DNA of 64,000 nucleotides from Deltaproteobacteria bacterium (GCA_034670305.1 JAXMNT010000019.1:1-64000), one strand, 5' to 3'. Shown: positions 1-10,047, counted from the first letter of the stretch. Numbers and translations are program-made. Notes: generated by a model not told the origin, from the sequence alone.

Positions 1-61
1 CCGCTGGGCATCGCGCTCCGATTCGCGCCTCGCCGTCGCGAAACACACGGCGTCCACGACG

Positions 62-95
62 CGGGCAAGGGCACGGGCAAGGGCAACGGCAAGGG
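62..95. repeat. Short GGGCAA-type hexamer tandem tract
   Basis: gggcaa gggcac gggcaa gggcaa cggcaa; the same unit recurs at 59460-59529. Confidence 0.7.
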
Positions 96-121
96 AGCAG
101 GTCGCTTTTCAGCGACCTGCT
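96..121 (-). terminator. Perfect 11-bp hairpin at the 3' end of the 120-1322 gene (terminator or REP-like)
   Basis: AGCAGGTCGCT-TTTC-AGCGACCTGCT; the loop reads GAAA on the minus strand; no clear U-tract. Confidence 0.6.
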
Positions 122-1322
122 AGTCGACGTAGGTGACCATGCCGCGCATGTCGACGGTGTGGATGCCGCAGCGGTACATGTCGATGCCCGCTTCGAACGC
201 GGCGTCCACGGTGAACGCGATGCTGCCTGCCGCATCGTTCCAGTCGATGCCTGGTTCCGCTTCGAGTGCGCCAGCGCCGCCGCCTTGGGCGAGCTGCAGG
301 ACGTCGTCGGTCGGCGGGGTGGTCAACTCGTCGATGAACTCCCACGGGTGTCCGCCCGAAGTCGTGTTGACGATGCGGTAGCGCATGCCGCGGATGAGCG
401 CCCACGCCGGGTCGCTCCCAGTCGGAAGCGTGAACGTGGACGGCCGGGAGGAATCGAAGTCGAAGTCGACGCCGGTGCCGGTGACGGTGACCTCGAGGTC
501 CGGGGTTCCTGCCGGCACGACGGCGGTGAAGGTCTCCACGACGTCTGCGGCGCGGAGGGTCTCGATCGGGTCCATGGCCGGCGCGAACATCGAGTTGGAG
601 TCGCCGTCGACGTGGAGCGCGACGTGGAGGGTCTCGGCGTCGGCGACCGGTCGGTCGAGTTCGACGTCGACGTTGGTGCTCATACCGACCGGGACGCTCG
701 CGAATCCGAGCACGGCGCCGAGTCCCGCCGCGTCGTCGTACACGACGACGAAGCCGGCTTCGGCGGCCATCACGGAAGGCACGGTCACGATGGTGGTGAG
801 GTCGGCGAGCATGATCGAACCGCCCGCGCTCAGACCGCAGAGCACGGTCTCCGCGCAGCCGCCGGGCGCCATACAGACGTGCGAGGTGCAGTCGTCGCTG
901 TCGTCGCACATGGCGTCGTCGGGGGTGTTGACGCACATGAAGCCCGTGCACTCATCGACGGTGCACGCGATGCTGTCGTCGCACATGGCGGGCATGGTGC
1001 ACTCGACGCCTCCATCGGTGCCGGAGTCCGCCGGGGCATCCACACCCGCGTCCGACATCGGTGCGTCTTCCATGGGCGCGTCTTCCATGGGCGCGTCCAT
1101 CATCGGTGCGTCCATCATCGGTGCGTCCTCGGCCGGCGCATCGTCCATCGGGGCGTCGTCCATCGGCGCATCGTTGGCCGGTGCATCGACGGCAGGCGCG
1201 TCCACGCCTGCATCCACCGCTGCGTCCTCGCCGTCGGGGATCTGGTCGCGGTCGAAGTCGACCACCAGCTCACACCCCATCGTCAGGCCACACGCCAACA
1301 TCAGTCCAAGCACCCGAGTCAT
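120..1322 (-). CDS. Lipoprotein with acidic DAP-repeat linker, Cys-rich segment and C-terminal cupredoxin-like domain
   Basis: ATG 1322 with GGGAG RBS; lipobox LTMGC; (DAPMxD)n linker; C-terminal GHPW...YRCGIHTVDMRG resembles a type-1 copper site. Confidence 0.75.
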   Translation of the reverse strand: MTRVLGLMLACGLTMGCELVVDFDRDQIPDGEDAAVDAGVDAPAVDAPANDAPMDDAPMDDAPAEDAPMMDAPMMDAPMEDAPMEDAPMSDAGVDAPADSGTDGGVECTMPAMCDDSIACTVDECTGFMCVNTPDDAMCDDSDDCTSHVCMAPGGCAETVLCGLSAGGSIMLADLTTIVTVPSVMAAEAGFVVVYDDAAGLGAVLGFASVPVGMSTNVDVELDRPVADAETLHVALHVDGDSNSMFAPAMDPIETLRAADVVETFTAVVPAGTPDLEVTVTGTGVDFDFDSSRPSTFTLPTGSDPAWALIRGMRYRIVNTTSGGHPWEFIDELTTPPTDDVLQLAQGGGAGALEAEPGIDWNDAAGSIAFTVDAAFEAGIDMYRCGIHTVDMRGMVTYVD

Positions 1323-1350
1323 CGCAGTCTCCCTGGTCACGTCACGCACC

Positions 1351-2310
1351 TCAGAACCGGAGCCGCGCTTGCACGCCGCCGGCCCTTCGCCCCATCACCG
1401 GAGACAGCTCGAGGCCCGAGCTGGCCTCGTCGTCTTCGTCCCCCGCGTCGTTCGCGAGAAACAGCACCAAGGCGGTGATGGCACTCACAGCCGCCACCCC
1501 GAAGAGCACGTCCGCGAAGAGCGCGAAACGCTCTCCTTTGTCGGCACGATCGACGGTGGGGTCGTCTTCGAATTCGGCCTCTTGAGAGAGTGCGAGGAAT
1601 CCGAGCACCGTGCCGCCCACGAGCGAGACGGCCGCGAGGGCGCTGGTCACCCACACCGCGGCGCCGGGACCATCGTCCGCGGCCTCGGCCGCGCCGTCTT
1701 CGCCCTCCACCGGGTCGATCGGATCGCCGACGCCGTCCAGCCCGTCGCCGCTGGATTCGAGGGTGCGGGCTGCTTCGACGCGGGCACCGGGACCGGTTTC
1801 GACCGTGAGGGTCGAGTCCGCGTGGCCGGCCAGTCGCAAGACCAGCGTGTGGGATCCCGAGGAAGCCTCGAGGTCAGCCGGCGTCGTGCGGCCGGTGTCG
1901 GTGCCATCGAGTTCGATGGTCGCTCCGGGCGGCGTCGAACGCACTTCGAGGATGCCCGGGCGTGCCCGAAGGCCGGTCAGGCGTGCTTCGATCGCTGCGC
2001 GGTCGGGAGCGTCGGTGCGCTCCGCCAGGTACGTCTCGAGGGCCTCGATCGTGCCGGGGATGTTGCCCAGCCGCTCGCGCGCTTCGGCCACACCCAGCAG
2101 GACCACCGGGTTCGGCACGTGTTCGTAGGCTTCGGCAAATGCGGCTTCGGACGCCTCGTAGTGCCCCGCATCGAACTCCGCTTGTCCGCGCGCGTACGCT
2201 TCACGGGCGATCTGTCGATCTTCGTCCGTGGTTTCGGCTTGGGCGTGGGCGGCTGCGGTCCATCCGCACACCACACCCAACACGACGCCGAGAATGCTCA
2301 GTTCCCGCAT
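1351..2310 (-). CDS. TPR + PEGA domain-containing exported protein
   Basis: ATG 2310 with GGAGG RBS; signal peptide ending AHA-Q; TPR-like AREAYARGQAEFDAGHYEAS; PEGA-like VRSTPPGATIELDG...TPA; C-terminal GGVQARLRF. Confidence 0.8.
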   Translation of the reverse strand: MRELSILGVVLGVVCGWTAAAHAQAETTDEDRQIAREAYARGQAEFDAGHYEASEAAFAEAYEHVPNPVVLLGVAEARERLGNIPGTIEALETYLAERTDAPDRAAIEARLTGLRARPGILEVRSTPPGATIELDGTDTGRTTPADLEASSGSHTLVLRLAGHADSTLTVETGPGARVEAARTLESSGDGLDGVGDPIDPVEGEDGAAEAADDGPGAAVWVTSALAAVSLVGGTVLGFLALSQEAEFEDDPTVDRADKGERFALFADVLFGVAAVSAITALVLFLANDAGDEDDEASSGLELSPVMGRRAGGVQARLRF

Positions 2311-2378
2311 GAATCGTCCTCCAACAGGCTCACCTGCTCGTTCGGAACCTACGCCTGCGGCGTGGGGTCCGTCAAACA

Positions 2379-4268
2379 TCACGCGGGCGTGGCACTGCCA
2401 GCCCACCGTTCTTGGACGAACCGTTCGACCCGGTCGAGCGGCTCGCGCAGCGCCGCGCTGAGGGCGTCCAGACGCGACATCTCGGCTTCGGCTTTGGTCA
2501 CGAGACTCGCCAGGTGCGCCTCGACCCGCTCGTCTCGCCGGTCCAGTTGCGCCCTCAAGTCGGCGATCTTCGACTCCAGGTCGTCGCACTCCGCGGCGTG
2601 GCCTGCGACCGCCTGCTCCACGGTCGCGAGCTCCCAGAGCACCGCGTCCGCTTCGCCGTCGCCCTGCCCGGTCGTCCGGACCTTGGCCGCCAGTCCCTCG
2701 TGGCGGTGCCGCAGCGAGGAGCGGCGCACCGCGGAGGTCTCGAGTGCGCCGCGGGCGCGGCTGAGGCGCTCTCCGAGCTGATCGATCGCGCGACCGAGGG
2801 TGGTCTTGAAGTCCCGTCCCTCCACGCCGAGTTCGTCGATCTGCGCTTGGAGGGCCTCGGTGTGCGCGATGGCCCCCTCGAGCGAGCCGAGCGTCTGACT
2901 GGAGAACTCCAACGCGTCCGCGATGTCGGGTGGGAGCGTGCCCAGGCCCAAGACCGCCTCCGTGAGCGCATCGTACCGGGCCCGCCATCGTCGGACGCCC
3001 GCGAGTCCCTGGGAGGGCGCCTCACTCTCCCGTCGGGTCGAGACCACTTGAGGCGGGGTCGGAAAACCTTCTCCGGTGGGGAAGACCTGACTGCGATCCA
3101 TCTCGTCCGTGTCCGGCCGGTCGTCGTCTCCGGATGGCCCTGGCGCGTCGGAGTCGCCGGGGGCGAACGTGCGGAACCCGTTGTCGTCGTCCAACACCGT
3201 CTTGTCGTCGAACATGCCTTTCGAGCCGTCCTCCGCATCGACATCCCGCTCCGCATCTTCCGTGGGCGCTGCGTCGCGTGGGGGCGGTGCCACGATGCCC
3301 GGTGACGATTGGGTGCCCATCGCCCCCCACGCATCGCCGCCGAGCCGTTCCCGGGTCGTGCGCAGCTCTTCCAGGAAGTGGTAGGCGTCGCGAAATCGGT
3401 CGCGCGGATCCTTCTCGAGGCAGCGCAGAATGAACACCTCGATCGCGGGGTCGACCTCCGCCCGCTGGCGCGGTGGAATCGGCGGCTCGGTGACGTGCTT
3501 CACCAAGAGGTCGCCCGGGTACTCGTAGTCGAAGGGCAGCGCCGCGGTGACCATCTCGTACAGGATGACGCCCAGCGAGTAGAGGTCCGCGCGGCCATCG
3601 ATCGCGGTGGACTGGATGTACTCGGGCGCGATGTAACCGGGCGTGCCGAAGATCTGCTGACTGCCCGTGAGCGAAGGCGCGTCGAGGATCTTCGCGATGC
3701 CGAAGTCGAGCACCTTGACGAAGTCCCCGCCTTCTTTGCGCGGGACCAAGATGACGTTCTCGGGTTTGAGATCCCGGTGCACCACCCCCATCTGATGGGC
3801 GCGCGCGAGCGCAGTGCCGATCTGCTCGACGATGTCCAAACTCCGTTGGGGGGAGAAGGGCGCGTCGACGAGCGCTTTGAGAAGCGACTCGCCCGGGACG
3901 TATTCCATGACCAGATAGACCAGGCCGTCTTCGGATTCTCCGAAGTCGGTGATCTCGACGATGTTGTCGTGGTTCACCCGATTGACCGCCCGCGCCTCGC
4001 GGATGAATCGGTCGCGTTGGATGGGATCCTGCGCCAGGTCTCGGCGGAGTACCTTCACGGCGACGAGCCGATCGATCAGGACGTGGCGCGCCAGGTACAC
4101 GCTGGACATGCCACCAGCGCCCAGCCGCGAGATCAGTCGGTACCGACCACCGACGGTTCGACCGATCCAGGCGTCTTGGACCGGGCGCAGGTCGGTTCCG
4201 TCCTCGGGGCACGACTGATACGTGTCCGAGTAAATCGCGCCGCAGTGGGAACAGACCTTCATGGACAT
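2379..4268 (-). CDS. Hanks-type Ser/Thr protein kinase with N-terminal Zn-ribbon-like motif and C-terminal coiled coil
   Basis: LGAGGMSSVY, VAVKVL, HRDLKPEN, DFG, GTPGYIAPE; N-terminal CSHC...CPED; no obvious TM segment. Confidence 0.92.
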   Translation of the reverse strand: MSMKVCSHCGAIYSDTYQSCPEDGTDLRPVQDAWIGRTVGGRYRLISRLGAGGMSSVYLARHVLIDRLVAVKVLRRDLAQDPIQRDRFIREARAVNRVNHDNIVEITDFGESEDGLVYLVMEYVPGESLLKALVDAPFSPQRSLDIVEQIGTALARAHQMGVVHRDLKPENVILVPRKEGGDFVKVLDFGIAKILDAPSLTGSQQIFGTPGYIAPEYIQSTAIDGRADLYSLGVILYEMVTAALPFDYEYPGDLLVKHVTEPPIPPRQRAEVDPAIEVFILRCLEKDPRDRFRDAYHFLEELRTTRERLGGDAWGAMGTQSSPGIVAPPPRDAAPTEDAERDVDAEDGSKGMFDDKTVLDDDNGFRTFAPGDSDAPGPSGDDDRPDTDEMDRSQVFPTGEGFPTPPQVVSTRRESEAPSQGLAGVRRWRARYDALTEAVLGLGTLPPDIADALEFSSQTLGSLEGAIAHTEALQAQIDELGVEGRDFKTTLGRAIDQLGERLSRARGALETSAVRRSSLRHRHEGLAAKVRTTGQGDGEADAVLWELATVEQAVAGHAAECDDLESKIADLRAQLDRRDERVEAHLASLVTKAEAEMSRLDALSAALREPLDRVERFVQERWAGSATPA

Positions 4269-4355
4269 GGGCCCGTCATGCGGCGCGGAGCCGTCAAACG
4301 GGGTGACCCAGGGTAACAAAGACGAGCGCTCCGCGGGGTCGCGGGCACCTCGCCT

Positions 4356-4778
4356 TCACTCGGGGGCGTCTTCTCCAGCGTCTTCCGGACCGGAATCTTC
4401 GCCCGCGTCTTCCGGAGCGGCGTCTTCGCCGGCGTCTTCCGGACCTGCGTCTTCGCCGGCATCCTCGCCCGCGTCGATCATAGCGGCGTCTTCGCCGGCG
4501 TCCTCGGGCTCGCTGGCGTCTTCACCGGCGTCGTCGAGCGGACCGACATCGAGGCCGGCATCTTCACCGCCCGGGCCGCTGTCGACGTCGCCCGCGTCGG
4601 TCCCCATCATCATGTCGCAGACGTCCATGCAGGTCCCTCGCGAGGAGGGAATGGGGCTGGGCTTGCAGCACATCAGGCCATCACCGCAATCGTCGTCCTC
4701 GCGACAGGTATCGCCGCTTCCGGCCTTGCAAGCAAAGAGGGAGAGACCGAACAACGTGAGTGTGATGAAAAGACGCAT
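4356..4778 (-). CDS. Small Cys-rich lipoprotein with acidic EDAG repeats
   Basis: Signal peptide with lipobox LFAC; CREDDDCGDGLMCC...CMDVC; (EDAG)n tail. Confidence 0.7.
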   Translation of the reverse strand: MRLFITLTLFGLSLFACKAGSGDTCREDDDCGDGLMCCKPSPIPSSRGTCMDVCDMMMGTDAGDVDSGPGGEDAGLDVGPLDDAGEDASEPEDAGEDAAMIDAGEDAGEDAGPEDAGEDAAPEDAGEDSGPEDAGEDAPE

Positions 4779-4840
4779 GAAAGAGCTCCTGCCCCGGCGG
4801 GCGCGCGAGCATAGCGCAAAGCCCGCCCCCGGCCAGTAGG

Positions 4841-5698
4841 TCAGTAAGCGCAGCGGACGCCGATGTCGGGCCCCTGGCTCGCGGCTGGCGCAGGCCACCG
4901 AAACGCGGTCCGGGCGGCGTAGGGTTCGGACCGCCACGAACCGCCCCGCACCACGCGCGGGCCACCGGTGTCGTTGGGGGCCGGATCGATGCGTTCCTCT
5001 TCCGAGTACCCGTCCGGAGAGAACGCGTCCGCCGTCCATTCACTGACGTTTCCTGCCGCGTCGAGGAGGCCCGCCGGCGAGCGGGCGTTGGCAAACGAGC
5101 CGACCGGCGCCAGCGTCCGGAAGCCGTCCAGGGCGCCCGCCAGGTTCGCGAGCCGGTCGTTGAACTGCTGTCCCCAAGGGAAACGCCGCGGGACCGAGCC
5201 GCGTGCCGCCCGCTCCCATTGGGCTTCACTGGGCAAATGGCCTCCAGCAAACGCACAGTACTGCCGAGCCTCGGACCAGGTGATGCCGGCCACCGGCATC
5301 TCCGGATCTCCGAACCGGGGGTCCGATGCTGGGATCCGAGACGGTGGGCATCGTCCCGCCCGCACGCACACGTCCCAGCGTCGACGGGTGACCTCCGTGC
5401 GATCCATGCCGAAGCGGCTGAGGTAGATGCGGGTGGCGGGCGCCTCGGCCGCGAAAAGTGGACTGAGCTGATCGCATTCGAGCGGATTGCGGCCGAGCGT
5501 GCGGGCCTGGTGGCGGCAGAGCATCAATGCGTGCCGCAGGTCGTCGTCGTCGCTGCCCCGGGTGAACCAGCCGGCTTCGATCCAGACCACGTCGGGTCCG
5601 AACGACACCGCGGTCCGTTGCGCGTCGACGACCCGGTCCGAGGCGCCGAGTCCGCAGATCACCGCCACTGCGAGCAGCCATCGGCACGCGGCGTTCAC
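4841..5698 (-). CDS. Formylglycine-generating enzyme (FGE/SUMF1) family domain protein, exported
   Basis: EVT, P.....W.EA..YC, LPSEAQWERAARG, GNVSEW, RGGSW, GVRC. Confidence 0.88.
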   Translation of the reverse strand: MNAACRWLLAVAVICGLGASDRVVDAQRTAVSFGPDVVWIEAGWFTRGSDDDDLRHALMLCRHQARTLGRNPLECDQLSPLFAAEAPATRIYLSRFGMDRTEVTRRRWDVCVRAGRCPPSRIPASDPRFGDPEMPVAGITWSEARQYCAFAGGHLPSEAQWERAARGSVPRRFPWGQQFNDRLANLAGALDGFRTLAPVGSFANARSPAGLLDAAGNVSEWTADAFSPDGYSEEERIDPAPNDTGGPRVVRGGSWRSEPYAARTAFRWPAPAASQGPDIGVRCAY

Positions 5699-5711
5699 GC
5701 GGGCACCGCGT

Positions 5712-6506
5712 TCATGCGTGCACCGGGTCCAGCGGCACGCGCTGCGGCGCGCGGTGGTAGAGCACGAGCAAACCGATCGAGAACATCGCCATCGAGATCA
5801 ACTGAGAGGTGGAGACGATTCCACCAAAGTACACGCCGCGAACGTGGTCGCCGCGAAACACCTCGACGCAGGTCCGGATGACCGCATACCCGACGAGGTA
5901 GGCGCCCGCCCGCTGTCCGGTGCCGATCCGCTTCTTGGGCCACGCAAAGAGCAGGATCCCGAAGAGCAACAAGAGCCCCGCCTCGTAGAGCGGGGTCGGA
6001 TGGCGCGGCATGCCCATGGGACTCGAACCGGGCGCCATCGGATCGGTGTAGACGATGGCCCAGCGGCCGGCCCAGGGCGCGCCGTAGCAGCAGCCACCGA
6101 AGAAGCAGCCCAGCCGACCGATGGCATGCCCGATCGGAATCGCGAACACGGACACATCGAGCAAACGTCCGAAGTCGACGCCGAGCTGTCGGCACGCGAA
6201 CCAGGCTGCGAGGCCGCCTCCGATCGGTGAGCCGTAGAAGACGAGGCCCCCTTGGGTGAGCGCGGCCATCGGATCACCGGTCCGCAGCGACTCGACCAGC
6301 ACGAACATCGAGAACCCGCCGGCCAGTCCGCCGCCCGCGGTGTATCCGATGACTGCGATCACGCGGCCCACGTCCATGCCGGCCCGCCACGCCGCGCGCG
6401 TGGCGAGAAACCCCATCACGAAGATCGCGGTCGCCAGGCAGACGCCGTAGGTGCCGATCTCACGAGAGAAGCCGCCGACTTCGAGGACGTAGAAGAGCGG
6501 CTTCAC
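5712..6506 (-). CDS. lgt: Prolipoprotein diacylglyceryl transferase family protein
   Basis: GGLVFYG, IGRLGCFFGGCCYG, RHPTPLYE, EVFRGD, STSQ; multiple TM helices. Confidence 0.85.
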   Translation of the reverse strand: MKPLFYVLEVGGFSREIGTYGVCLATAIFVMGFLATRAAWRAGMDVGRVIAVIGYTAGGGLAGGFSMFVLVESLRTGDPMAALTQGGLVFYGSPIGGGLAAWFACRQLGVDFGRLLDVSVFAIPIGHAIGRLGCFFGGCCYGAPWAGRWAIVYTDPMAPGSSPMGMPRHPTPLYEAGLLLLFGILLFAWPKKRIGTGQRAGAYLVGYAVIRTCVEVFRGDHVRGVYFGGIVSTSQLISMAMFSIGLLVLYHRAPQRVPLDPVHA

Positions 6507-6527
6507 GGAGCGGTCACCTGGGTCGTG

Positions 6528-7313
6528 TCATTGAACCGCAGATGGGTTCTGCAACCCGACGATCTTGAATCCGGTGTCCGTAGTGCAGCCAACGATCTTC
6601 GCCTGACCCGACGTGTAGAGGTAACACCGGTTCAGGTCGAGGCCCAACGCGGTGGCCTGCGCGGCCTCGGGGGTGCCGGCGAGCGGCTGGGCGGTGGAGC
6701 ACGGGTGCTGGTTGTTGTTGCAGCTGCGTCCGAACGCTTCCGCCGCTTGATCGGTGATCTGACACGCCTGCGGCGTGAGCGTCGCCGCCACGTTCGGGTG
6801 GAAGCTGCCCGCGGACGAGGCCCCGGTGGGATCTCCGATGCAGCTGGCCTGGATGCCTGCGAGGCTGAACCCAAGCGAGACTCGGCTCATCTCGGCCCCG
6901 AGCCCAGCGAGTCCGCCGAGAGGTCCGCCCGCGCTGCCGGCACCGCCGGCGCCGTTGTTCGCGAATGGGTTGCCGTTCTGGCTCACGCCTCGACCGAATC
7001 CCTGCGCGCCGCTGCCGGCGTTCATCGCACCGGCCGACACGCACGCGTTGCACAGACCGCAGGTGATCGCGACGAGGAGCCCGCCGATGAATCCGAGGAT
7101 GTTGATGACGAGGCCGACGATGGCGAGCGCCGAGTCTCCGCCTTCTTGTTTCGCCCGCGACATCGCGACGCCGCTCATGATCATGCCTGCGAGCGCACAG
7201 ATCGGTGAACCAAACGAGAGAATGGACCCGAGAATCGGAATCGTGGTCGTGAAGAATCCACCGATCATGAGAATGAGCGAGAGGACCCCGAGAATGAGCG
7301 CGCCGGCAGCCAT
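6528..7313 (-). CDS. Membrane protein with three N-terminal TM helices and a Cys-containing C-terminal domain
   Basis: ATG 7313; hydrophobic MAAGALILGVLSL...; GC-typical codon usage. Confidence 0.65.
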   Translation of the reverse strand: MAAGALILGVLSLILMIGGFFTTTIPILGSILSFGSPICALAGMIMSGVAMSRAKQEGGDSALAIVGLVINILGFIGGLLVAITCGLCNACVSAGAMNAGSGAQGFGRGVSQNGNPFANNGAGGAGSAGGPLGGLAGLGAEMSRVSLGFSLAGIQASCIGDPTGASSAGSFHPNVAATLTPQACQITDQAAEAFGRSCNNNQHPCSTAQPLAGTPEAAQATALGLDLNRCYLYTSGQAKIVGCTTDTGFKIVGLQNPSAVQ

Positions 7314-7499
7314 GGGAACGCATGCTCCGCCCGCCCTGCCCTTTTGTCCAGCCGCCAGTTGCATTGCCACTGCGGGCGAGTTCCCCGTCCTGCGGACGAG
7401 GCAGGTGCGCGCGTCTGTGGCAATTGTTGGTTGCCGCCCACGGGTCCCGCTCGGGTCGGGTCGCCCTTGGGCGTTCGCAGTACTAGGCTGCGCCGCCCC

Positions 7500-8450
7500 A
7501 TGGCCGAAGACCCCCCCATCATGCGCGCCGGACGATGTGCGATCGTCGGCCGCCCGAACGTCGGCAAGTCGACGCTTCTCAATCAATTGCTTGGCCAAAA
7601 GCTCGTCATCGCGACTTCCCGGCCCGGCACCACCCGCGCTGCGGTCTTGGGCGTGTTCGTCCAGGACGAGCCTCCGACGCAGATCGCGTTCGTCGACACC
7701 CCAGGTCTCGCGAAGCCGAAGACCGTCCTCCACCAGGTGCTGGTGGAACAGGCGCACATCGGACTGACCGACGCGGACGTCGTCTTGCTCGTCATCGAAG
7801 CGCCGGCCCCCGGACGCGGCGCGATGGACGTGGTCCACCCCGGCGATCAGGCTGTGATCGACACGCTCGCGGAGGTGAAGGCGCCGGTGGTGCTCGCGGT
7901 GAACAAGGTCGATCGCATCAAGGACAAACGTTTGCTGTTGCCGCTCATGGCCGCGTACAGCGCCGCGGTTTCTGCCGACGACAGCGGCCGGACCTTCGAG
8001 GGCATCGTCCCGATCTCTGCGACCAAAGGGCTGCAGATGACAGAGCTGGTCGACGAGCTCCGCCGGCACCTCCCGGAAGGCGCCATGTACGACGCCGACT
8101 TTCTCACCGATCGGCCCGAACGGTTCTTTGTCAGCGAGCTGATTCGAGAGGCCGCGATCCGGCAGACCCGCGCCGAGGTGCCCTACGGGGTCGCCGTGGT
8201 CGTCGAGACCTACGAAGAGGGGCCAACCATTCGCATCGGCGCGAGCCTCATCGTGGAGAAGAAGTCCCACAAGGGCATGCTCATCGGCGCTCGAGGATCC
8301 CGGATCAAGGAGATCGGCATCGAAGCGCGTCAGGCGATCCAGACCTTCCTCGATCACAAGGTGCACCTCGAGCTCTTCGTGAAAGTGCAGGAAGGGTGGA
8401 CCGGCGATCCGCTCCACGCGCGCCGGCTCGCCACGGCGGAGGAATCCTGA
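7500..8450 (+). CDS. era: GTPase Era
   Basis: GRPNVGKST, TTR, DTPG, NKVD, ISA, EVPY, KH-like IGARGSRIKEIG. Confidence 0.95.
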   Translation: MAEDPPIMRAGRCAIVGRPNVGKSTLLNQLLGQKLVIATSRPGTTRAAVLGVFVQDEPPTQIAFVDTPGLAKPKTVLHQVLVEQAHIGLTDADVVLLVIEAPAPGRGAMDVVHPGDQAVIDTLAEVKAPVVLAVNKVDRIKDKRLLLPLMAAYSAAVSADDSGRTFEGIVPISATKGLQMTELVDELRRHLPEGAMYDADFLTDRPERFFVSELIREAAIRQTRAEVPYGVAVVVETYEEGPTIRIGASLIVEKKSHKGMLIGARGSRIKEIGIEARQAIQTFLDHKVHLELFVKVQEGWTGDPLHARRLATAEES

Positions 8451-9877
8451 TGGCTGGCCCGCGCCGCAAAGACATCGCCGACGCGCCCCGGCCCAAACGC
8501 ACCGACGACTACCGCGGTCCACGTCGACCGGTCCCCGCCGGTGCAACGGCAGGCCGCCCCATGGTCGCCATCGTGGGTCGACCGAACGTGGGCAAGAGCA
8601 CGCTCTTCAACAAACTCGCGCGCAAGCGGCTCGCGATCGTGGAAGACGTGCCTGGGGTCACGCGCGACCGCCACTACGCCGACGCGCGTGTCCGTGGCCG
8701 CGAGTACGTGCTGGTCGACACCGGCGGGTTCGACCCCGAGAGCGACGACCCGATGAAGTCGGGCATCAACGAACACGTGCAGATGGCACTCGCCGAATGC
8801 GACGTGGTGATCTGCGTGTTCGACGCCACCACCGATCCGGCGCCCGCCGATCGCGAAGCGGTGCGGCTCCTTCGCGGCGCCGGCAAGCCGGTCCTCTTCA
8901 CAGCGAACAAGAGCGACGGAGAGAAGCAGGCGCTCGACAGCGTCAGCTACTACGAGCTCGGACTCGAGCGGGTGTTCCCCGTCTCGGCGCTCCACGGCCG
9001 CGGGATCGGCGACCTGGAAGACGCGCTCATGGCCGCGCTCCCCGAAGCGATCCCCGTCCCCGAGATCAACCTCGACGTGCCGCGCGTGGCGATCGTCGGC
9101 CGGCCGAACGCCGGCAAGAGCTCACTCGTGAACCGCCTCACCGGGGAAGACCGACAGCTCGTCGACAGCCGGCCTGGCACCACCGTCGACGCGGTCGACA
9201 CGCTGCTCCAAAAGGACAGCCACCGGTTCATTCTGACCGACACCGCCGGCATTCGTCGCAAACGATCCGTCGACAACCGGGGCGTCGAGGCGCTGAGCGT
9301 TTACCAGGCGATCCGAGCGATGGAGCGCAGCGACGTCGTCGTCCTGATGATCGATGCCCACGCCGGCGTCGGTGAACAGGACGCGAAGATTGCAGGGCTC
9401 GCGGTGGACCGCGGCAACGCGCTGGTGGTCGGCATCAACAAGGGCGACCTGCTCAGCCGAGAAGAACTGCGTGCCGCGCGGATCCGGACCCAGGAGATCC
9501 TGGCGTTCGCCCCCTGGGCGACCGTCGTGCCGCTCTCGGCCAAGAAGGGCCGCGGCGTGAACAAGTTGCTCGAAGCGGTCGCCCGGGCCGGCAAGAGCCA
9601 CCGCCAGCGCGTCACGACCTCGCACCTGAACCGGTTCTTCGAAGAGGTGGTGGAGCGTCAGCCGCCGCCTTCGATGAAGAGCCGTTCGGTTCGCATCTAC
9701 TACGTGACCCAGGCCGCCGTCTGCCCGCCCACCTTCGTGGTCGTGACCAACCACCCGGACTACGTGCACTTCTCCTACCAACGTTTCTTGATCAACCAGA
9801 TCCGGGAACGCTTCGGATTCGAGGGCACGCCCATCCGCGTGCGCTACCGCGGCAAAGACAAGAAGAAGAAGAAGTAG
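8450..9877 (+). CDS. der: Ribosome biogenesis GTPase Der (EngA)
   Basis: Two tandem G domains (GRPNVGKST/DTGG/NKSD and GRPNAGKSS/DTAG/NKGD); C-terminal FGFEGTPIR; start overlaps the era stop (TGATG). Confidence 0.95.
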   Translation: MAGPRRKDIADAPRPKRTDDYRGPRRPVPAGATAGRPMVAIVGRPNVGKSTLFNKLARKRLAIVEDVPGVTRDRHYADARVRGREYVLVDTGGFDPESDDPMKSGINEHVQMALAECDVVICVFDATTDPAPADREAVRLLRGAGKPVLFTANKSDGEKQALDSVSYYELGLERVFPVSALHGRGIGDLEDALMAALPEAIPVPEINLDVPRVAIVGRPNAGKSSLVNRLTGEDRQLVDSRPGTTVDAVDTLLQKDSHRFILTDTAGIRRKRSVDNRGVEALSVYQAIRAMERSDVVVLMIDAHAGVGEQDAKIAGLAVDRGNALVVGINKGDLLSREELRAARIRTQEILAFAPWATVVPLSAKKGRGVNKLLEAVARAGKSHRQRVTTSHLNRFFEEVVERQPPPSMKSRSVRIYYVTQAAVCPPTFVVVTNHPDYVHFSYQRFLINQIRERFGFEGTPIRVRYRGKDKKKKK

Positions 9878-10047
9878 GCGCAGCAGCGAGCGCCCGGTTT
9901 GGTGCAACGTACCGACGTCTCACCGCTGCTACATGGGTGCGACCCATGGGGTGACGCTGGGCTGCCTTCCACGCTGTGATCCCTGAACTCGGGGGGCGCC
10001 GGTGTCGAAAACTGGACGGCTCAGGCCCGTTCCCATCATGTCGAAGC

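Noticed and set aside
385-2781. Long plus-strand ORFs here and similar shadows (e.g. 22634-25408, 27842-30058, 44369-46840)
   Set aside because: Antisense or alternate-frame shadows of well-supported genes, with Arg/Ser/Ala-rich composition.
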